Assembly: GCA_046538155.1 (NCBI GenBank) | Contig: JBKHJL010000031.1 | Location: 1 to 13,247 of the forward strand | Source: Candidatus Micrarchaeia archaeon | GTDB lineage: Archaea > Micrarchaeota > Micrarchaeia > Anstonellales > Bilamarchaeaceae | Reading direction: 5' to 3' | Length of the DNA stretch: 13,247 nt | Shown: in pieces, positions 8,102-13,247 of the stretch | Layout: the number at the start of each line of letters is the position of its first letter | Numbering within the stretch: the stretch's first letter is position 1 | Notes under the pieces: generated by a model | Seen by the model: only the letters and a program-made list of their open reading frames with translations | The model's database searches: none | Told to the model about the DNA's origin: nothing | Program-made: the position numbers and the translations under genes

Positions 8102-8102
8102 C

Positions 8103-8411
8103 ATGAGCAACATAACCTTATATGTCCCGGAAAAAGTAAAGGAGAAAATGGACTCGCATTCCGAAATACGCTGGAGTGAGGTTGTGCGCCAGGCAATAAA
8201 CAAAAAACTGATTGAAACCAGAAAGCTGGAACTGCTCAAAAAATATGTGGAGCAGGAACCCTTCAACGATGAAGACTTGGTTTGGATGGACGAGAACGAC
8301 TGGCATCCCGTGGACGAGCAGCAGATGAAACTCAGCTTCATCAAAGAAGTGAAGAAGAGAAGCAAGGGGAAATTCATCAGGGCAAAGAGCGTGGATGACC
8401 TTTTCGAGTGA
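8103..8411 (+). CDS. Putative antitoxin with N-terminal ribbon-helix-helix domain
   Basis: MSNITLYVPEKVKEKM..HSEIRWSEVVRQAI is a typical archaeal RHH pattern. C-terminus ends KGKFIRAKSVDDLF. It lies 4 nt upstream of a RelE-like gene. Start reassigned from 8028 to 8103 on promoter position. Confidence 0.8.
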   Translation: MSNITLYVPEKVKEKMDSHSEIRWSEVVRQAINKKLIETRKLELLKKYVEQEPFNDEDLVWMDENDWHPVDEQQMKLSFIKEVKKRSKGKFIRAKSVDDLFE

Positions 8412-8415
8412 TTAA

Positions 8416-8679
8416 ATGCCTTACCCATTCGAATATTGTCCGGAATGCAAAAAGGAAGTAAAAAAACTATGCAGGAACAACCGGTCCCTAAAGGAAGCCT
8501 TCAAAAAGAAAGCAGAGCAAATCCTGGAGTCCCCACACCACTTTAAGCCTTTGAAAAAGCCACTGCAGCACCAAAGAAGAGTGCACATCCTGAATTGTTT
8601 CGTTTTGACTTATGAGATAGATGAAGAGCAAAAGTTGGTGCGGTTGCTGAAGTTTTCACATCATGATAAGGCATATTAG
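8416..8679 (+). CDS. Type II toxin, RelE/ParE superfamily (RelE/YafQ-like)
   Basis: 87 aa, basic, with P.HFKPLK.PL...RRVHI...FVLTYEI......RLL.FSHHDKAY pattern. Confidence 0.88.
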   Translation: MPYPFEYCPECKKEVKKLCRNNRSLKEAFKKKAEQILESPHHFKPLKKPLQHQRRVHILNCFVLTYEIDEEQKLVRLLKFSHHDKAY

Positions 8680-8683
8680 GTGG

Positions 8684-8753
8684 CAGCACCCATCACTTAA
8701 GTAATCAGGTACTGGAGCGACGAGGAGCTCAAGTGTATTCATGGGACATGAAT
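8684..8753 (+). repeat. Degenerate leader/head copy plus 7-3-7 hairpin
   Basis: CAGCACCCATCACTTAAGTAATCAGGTACTGGAGC (8684-8718) resembles 7691-7725. Hairpin ATTCATG-GGA-CATGAAT at 8737-8753. Confidence 0.8.
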
Positions 8754-8756
8754 CTG

Positions 8757-8888
8757 AACTGGAGCTCTGAGTCTCCCCTTCTCTTTTTGAAAATCTGTGC
8801 AATCTTCGATTGCATCTCTTGAGCACAAGCTCAAGAAAGAAAAGGTTAGGCGCACCCAAAAGAAAAACGATTTCCAATATTGTTCAGG
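8757..8888 (+). repeat. Complete long-form repeat copy (head, double hairpin, tail)
   Basis: Head AACTGGAGCTCTGA at 8757-8770. Hairpins TGCAATC-TTC-GATTGCA (8798-8814) and TCTTGAGC-ACAA-GCTCAAGA (8817-8836). Tail AAAGAAAAACGATTTCCAATATTGTTCAGG. Confidence 0.88.
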
Positions 8889-8945
8889 CAGGAATCCCGT
8901 TCCTTCATAAATATTTCCACATAATATCCTGCAGGGTGGAACATA

Positions 8946-9503
8946 ATGTCTGATACTACTCATTCAAAGGGAGCAAGAACCGCTTTTGAAACAGATGAGC
9001 CCGATGGAACCCGGGCAAAGAAACGGGAAGACTACATTTCCTGGGATGATTATTTTATGGGAGTGTCAATCCTTTCCGCTGAAAGGAGCAAGGACCCCAA
9101 TACCCAAGTAGGTGCCTGCATAGTGGACCAGCACAAAAAGATAGTCGGAATCGGGTACAACGGATTCCCTATAGGCTGTTCGGATGATGAGCTCCCCTGG
9201 AGAAGAAAGGCCGAAAGCATAAACGAAACCAAATACCCCTATGTAGTCCACGCGGAAGTAAACTCTATCCTGAATTCCACCAAGAAGCTCCACAACGCCA
9301 CCATGTATGTAGCCCTCTTCCCCTGCAACGAGTGCGCAAAGATGATAATACAGTCGGGTATCACCGAAATTGTTTATCTTGAAGACAAATATGCAGATAC
9401 TAATACAGTAAAAGCAGCAAAAAGGATGTTTGATATGGCAGGGGTAAACTACAGGAAACTGGAGCCCAAACACAAATCAATCCAGCTGAATTTTGAAGTC
9501 TAG
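8946..9503 (+). CDS. dCMP deaminase
   Basis: WDDYFM, RSKDPNTQVGACIV, GYNG, HAE and PCNEC zinc-binding motifs. Confidence 0.93.
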   Translation: MSDTTHSKGARTAFETDEPDGTRAKKREDYISWDDYFMGVSILSAERSKDPNTQVGACIVDQHKKIVGIGYNGFPIGCSDDELPWRRKAESINETKYPYVVHAEVNSILNSTKKLHNATMYVALFPCNECAKMIIQSGITEIVYLEDKYADTNTVKAAKRMFDMAGVNYRKLEPKHKSIQLNFEV

Positions 9504-9784
9504 ATAATTTCAGGACTCCCCTCTATCTTTTCCAGGAATCTTTTTTTTCTTTTTTCAAGCATATTCAGCACTTCAATTTCATCAATTCCCTCTCTTTTGA
9601 ACAGCACAAGGCAGTGAATCATCATATCTGCACATTCTGCTTTCCAGTGTTCATCTTTTTTTTCAAAAAGCCCGGCGATTTCTTCGCTGTGCCGCTTCAT
9701 GGATTTGAGAGTATATTTATTTGCTTCTTCCGGGCCCCCATTCTTTTTGTTGGAGGCCTTCACTATTTCTTCTATTGTGGCCAT
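9500..9784 (-). CDS. Small MazG/HisE-like all-alpha NTP pyrophosphohydrolase fold protein
   Basis: About 94 aa with EEI...and ECAD motifs (SEEIAGLFEKKDEHWKAECADMMIHCL). ATG 9784 preferred over TTG 9802. Confidence 0.6.
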   Translation of the reverse strand: MATIEEIVKASNKKNGGPEEANKYTLKSMKRHSEEIAGLFEKKDEHWKAECADMMIHCLVLFKREGIDEIEVLNMLEKRKKRFLEKIEGSPEII

Positions 9785-9852
9785 AGCATGAGAACACCCC
9801 AAATCTTTATTTTCCCTTGCCCAGATATTACGGATATCATATTGGTGAATTT

Positions 9853-10587
9853 ATGCTTGGAATAGTGGGCATGGGAAAGCTTGGCACTGCATTTGCCAGA
9901 GGCTTCCTGAATGCGGGGGTGAAAATCGTTGCTTATGACAGGCAGGAGGAGAGGCTGGAGCTTGAAGGGATACAGAAGGCGAGTTCCCCAGAGGAGGTTT
10001 TTGAGAAATCCGAAATGGTTTTCCTGGCAGTTAAGCCTGATGCAATGGCCCCCCTTCTTGAGAGTGCCCCAAAAGGGAAAATTCTGGTTTCGCCCGCGGC
10101 AAAGCTTAGGCTGGAAGAAATGCAGAAAAGTTCCCCGGATGCAAAAATAATCCGCGTCATGCCCAATATTGCGGCCGCAGAAAACCTTTCCCCTATCCCA
10201 TACTCTCCTGGGAAGCTGGTTTCCACAGAAGAAGAGGAGGCGTTCAGGGAGCTTTTTTCCAGAGTGGGGGTTACAGTAAGAATTGAAGAATCCCGGATGG
10301 ACATAATCACAGCCATAGTTGGTTCCTCACCCGCATATTTTGCCTATTTCGCCAGGGCAATGCGGGAGGCAGCAAAAGACGGCGGCGTCCCTGAAGAAAC
10401 GGCAAACCTCTTGCTTGCCCAGGTCCTCTCAGGCACAGGTGCCCTCCTTTCTAAATCCTCCTGCGAGGAAATAATGGAGAAGGTCACCACCAAAGGAGGG
10501 GTAACTGAAAAAGGGATAAAAGAACTGGAATCGGCTGCAGTTTACCAGGCGATAAAACACGCAATAAAATTCCAGTCTAAAAAATAA
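9853..10587 (+). CDS. proC: Pyrroline-5-carboxylate reductase
   Basis: GIVGMGKLG Rossmann motif, FLAVKP, RVMPN, TAIVGSSPAY and VTTKGGVT. ATG 9853 is preceded by a GGTGA SD (9844-9848). Confidence 0.92.
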   Translation: MLGIVGMGKLGTAFARGFLNAGVKIVAYDRQEERLELEGIQKASSPEEVFEKSEMVFLAVKPDAMAPLLESAPKGKILVSPAAKLRLEEMQKSSPDAKIIRVMPNIAAAENLSPIPYSPGKLVSTEEEEAFRELFSRVGVTVRIEESRMDIITAIVGSSPAYFAYFARAMREAAKDGGVPEETANLLLAQVLSGTGALLSKSSCEEIMEKVTTKGGVTEKGIKELESAAVYQAIKHAIKFQSKK

Positions 10588-10606
10588 GGCAGGGGAAAAG
10601 AGCCCA

Positions 10607-13247
10607 CTATTCCCCGTTTGTATCCTTCATCCGGGGTTTTTGGCCATATGTCCATTTAATCTGTTCTTCAAATTCCCGCACTGCTTCCCCCATCTCTTTG
10701 AATGTTTCCTGGTCAATCGGGAAGTGGAGATGCCTGTTTCCCGGAGGCACATCTGCCTTCTTTAGTTTCCTGAGCTCCTTCAAAAGGTCGCTGACGACAA
10801 TTGCATTTGAGTGCAACAGGATTGTATCCTTTGTTACACCAGCTCTCCAGTTCTTAGGATGGTTTGATGCATTTACGCTCGCTTTCAGATATGCCCCGAG
10901 CATATCCAGCATGCGGAATTTTTCTTCCCCTGCAACTCCTTCCATTAGTACAGGGTTATTCATTATCCTTTCTGAAAGATTTTCAAGTACAATAAACCGG
11001 TCAAAGCTGTTTAGGTCTTTACTTCTCATCTTTTCATACACATCAAGCGGGTGCTCCATTATGCTCAGCCCGTGCTCAGAGAATACCTTTACCTGCATCG
11101 CCGTGTACTCATTGCTTGGGTCTATCCTTATTTTTTCCGGGCCCGTGTCCGAAACACCATCTTTTGTTTCAACGACGGGTGAACCAGGCAGTTCCACTAC
11201 TTTCCCTTTGTGTTTTTCATATGCATCCACCTTTGCTGCAAGCTCTTCAGCCCTGTTCCTGAGCCACTGCAGATTGGTCTGTACCTCCTTCTCCCTCCTG
11301 GCCCCGATTTTCTTGCTTACTCTCTTGTATCTGAGAAGCCGCTTTACTTCCCCATCTGCAGCCTCAAAAGTGTTTAATGCTTCTGCAATTGCAGCCATGC
11401 TCTGCCCCCTTTCCCTTGCAAACAATATTGCTGCATTCATTGCCTCAAGATGCATGGAGATTATCCTTTTTTCAGACATCTGCCTGTCCATATTGTACTC
11501 TATTATGTTGTCAACCAGGTGGGCGCCCAGCAGGAATTTCTTCTCAAGGTTTTTTTCCCCACTCACTCTACCGTAAAACTGATTCACTTTCCTGTAATTG
11601 TCAAGTATTCCAAATCCTCCCCCTGCTATCTCTTCCATTCTTTTTTCCATATTGTATGGTCTTTTTTTGCTCTGGTCAGGGGCAATTACTACGGCTTCAG
11701 GCCCCTCCCTGTTCTTTTCCATTTCAGCAAGCTCCTTTTCGCTAACCACCGGGGCTTCTATCGGTTCCTGCTCAATTTCTGATTCTTCCGGGAGAGAAGC
11801 TGCAAATTCCAGGAATCCACTGAAGCTGTTTCTTAGTTCATTCACTTTAGCCCTCCCCAGCATATTCTTTATCCTTTTCTGCTGCAGGAGCTTTTTCATC
11901 CGTTCCGAAACTATTTCCCCTGATTCCCGGGCACCGGCCCTTTCCTCTTCTGCCTGGTTTTCAAGCGAAGCATATTTTTCTGCAGTCTGCAGGAAGTCCT
12001 GATAAATTTCCAGTATCTGCTCTGCAATGTACTTTCTTTCGTAGTTCTTTATTGTTTCTTCATCTTTAAGGAGCTCTTTTAGCACCACATACCGCTCCTG
12101 AGCATCTTCAAGTTTTTCAAGGCCCCTGTAGAACTTAATCGGGTGCGTTTTCTCCCCAAGCTCCAGATCGTACTTACCCAGAACTTCTGCAAGCTCCGGC
12201 TTTTCAAGGGGCTCAGGCTCCACTTTCTTTGCCTCAGCCGCATTTTCATGAGTTGCTTTTTCCACAGCTGCGCCTTCTTCTGCGCCCGCCATCTGTACAA
12301 CTTTGGGCTTTGGGCTTTCCTGCCAGGTATTCATCTTCTTGCTCGTTTGTGTTCCAGGAACTCCGAATCCCCCTACTGCAGTTATTGCAGCAACCGCACC
12401 TACTGCAACTGTGCCCGCTGCCGCAATCTTAACATGCCTCTTCTTTTTTGAATAGAAGTCCCTTACTGCGCCCGCCGCACCAATCAGCTTATTGCGCTTT
12501 GCATATATCCATCTCCCAGCCCTGTTGTACCATTTTCCGTACTCTTCCATTACAGCATTGAATCTTTCCTCTTCCGCAGTCTGCTTCTTCCATGTAATTT
12601 TGTAAGATTCTTTTTCATATTCAGGCGGAAACTCAATTGTTTTTTTGACCGGCTTTGGACAGGTTTCTTCCCCTCCTGCAAATCCATAAACGAATATGTT
12701 GTGAAGTATCTTTCCTAATTTGGTTTCCCAGAACCTGCTTCTTTCTTCCCCAGGCCCTACCTCTTCAAGCTCTTCAACTGGAACCTCTTCGGTCACCTCC
12801 TTTTCAGGAGGTTCAGATTCAATTACCAGTGCCCCATCTTCCCTGCTTTTTGCAACAATGTCAGCCAGTGCTTCCTCGGGCGGGACAACTGTTTCTGCTT
12901 CCTCTTCCCTGGGACTTTCTTCAACTCCAGGGGGAAGTGCAGTCTGGGAATGCTCAATACCTGGTTCACTTATCCTGAGTATCTCCGCATCCTTTTCCGC
13001 GACCTTTGCCTTTTCCTTGATCCACAATTCTTCAAAGCGACTTGCCCTTCTTTTTTCCTTACTCAGACCTTCCCCGAGCCTTTCATTTTCCGCAACCAGG
13101 TTTCTTACCCGCTCCATCAGCCTCTGGGAATCTTCCTGCTCCTGCTTCAGGGCACTCACAACTTTTTCTTTTTCTGCCTCCAGCTGTCCCACTCTTCTTT
13201 CCAGTTCCTTTCTTGCTTCCCTCTCCTGCAGCATACCTTCCCTGAGC
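10607..13247 (-). CDS. Large coiled-coil, single-pass membrane protein with three degenerate internal repeats (probably 5'-truncated)
   Basis: ORF of at least 875 aa, and the frame stays open to the window edge. N-terminal E/R/K heptad-rich region, acidic Pro-rich linker, hydrophobic IAAAGTVAVGAVAAITAVGGFGV segment (about 12360-12428). Confidence 0.85.
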   Translation of the reverse strand, partial: LREGMLQEREARKELERRVGQLEAEKEKVVSALKQEQEDSQRLMERVRNLVAENERLGEGLSKEKRRASRFEELWIKEKAKVAEKDAEILRISEPGIEHSQTALPPGVEESPREEEAETVVPPEEALADIVAKSREDGALVIESEPPEKEVTEEVPVEELEEVGPGEERSRFWETKLGKILHNIFVYGFAGGEETCPKPVKKTIEFPPEYEKESYKITWKKQTAEEERFNAVMEEYGKWYNRAGRWIYAKRNKLIGAAGAVRDFYSKKKRHVKIAAAGTVAVGAVAAITAVGGFGVPGTQTSKKMNTWQESPKPKVVQMAGAEEGAAVEKATHENAAEAKKVEPEPLEKPELAEVLGKYDLELGEKTHPIKFYRGLEKLEDAQERYVVLKELLKDEETIKNYERKYIAEQILEIYQDFLQTAEKYASLENQAEEERAGARESGEIVSERMKKLLQQKRIKNMLGRAKVNELRNSFSGFLEFAASLPEESEIEQEPIEAPVVSEKELAEMEKNREGPEAVVIAPDQSKKRPYNMEKRMEEIAGGGFGILDNYRKVNQFYGRVSGEKNLEKKFLLGAHLVDNIIEYNMDRQMSEKRIISMHLEAMNAAILFARERGQSMAAIAEALNTFEAADGEVKRLLRYKRVSKKIGARREKEVQTNLQWLRNRAEELAAKVDAYEKHKGKVVELPGSPVVETKDGVSDTGPEKIRIDPSNEYTAMQVKVFSEHGLSIMEHPLDVYEKMRSKDLNSFDRFIVLENLSERIMNNPVLMEGVAGEEKFRMLDMLGAYLKASVNASNHPKNWRAGVTKDTILLHSNAIVVSDLLKELRKLKKADVPPGNRHLHFPIDQETFKEMGEAVREFEEQIKWTYGQKPRMKDTNGE

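Noticed and set aside
8028..8102. Longer N-terminus for the antitoxin
   Set aside because: This stretch contains the TATA box and operator, and the RHH pattern begins at ATG 8103.
8757..8851. Canonical integron attC site (GTTAGGC at 8845-8851 fits GTTRRRY)
   Set aside because: No complementary RYYYAAC core upstream, the motif is not conserved in other copies (GTTCGGT, GCTAGGC), and no integrase is in the window.
5788..8888. CRISPR array
   Set aside because: Repeats are irregularly spaced (tens of bp to about 1.9 kb), separated by genes or related hairpins rather than unique uniform spacers, and no cas genes are present.
10698..12002. Plus-strand 292-aa and 134-aa ORFs, also 1656-2288
   Set aside because: Ser/Phe-rich antisense mirrors of Glu/Lys-rich minus-strand genes.

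Overview
Archaeal chromosomal window. The archaeal-type UMP kinase, proteasome alpha subunit, TATA-like promoters and apparently leaderless genes support Archaea; a DPANN/Micrarchaeota-like host is only a guess. The left part holds pyrH, psmA, an orphan membrane protein, a SERCA-like P-type ATPase and a YdjM-like hydrolase. The right part holds a dCMP deaminase, a MazG-like protein, proC and a 5'-truncated large coiled-coil membrane protein with three internal repeats. Between them (about 5715-8890) is an accessory island of co-oriented genes: a SAM methyltransferase, a Fic protein with an extra N-terminal domain, and an RHH/RelE toxin-antitoxin pair. These genes are punctuated by a modular structured repeat family with a conserved head (AACTGGAGCTCTGA, 4 exact copies), a conserved tail (CGGTTCTCCCAAAGAAAAACCATTTTCCAATATTAT-like, 5 copies, one far away upstream of pyrH) and variable hairpin interiors that show compensatory base changes. 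Two copies are identical over 88 bp. The Fic and TA modules each lie between the same 18-bp perfect palindrome and a similar ~40-bp motif. No recombinase, transposase, RT or cas gene is in the window, so the mechanism is unresolved. This repeat/cassette architecture is the best candidate for an undescribed system.
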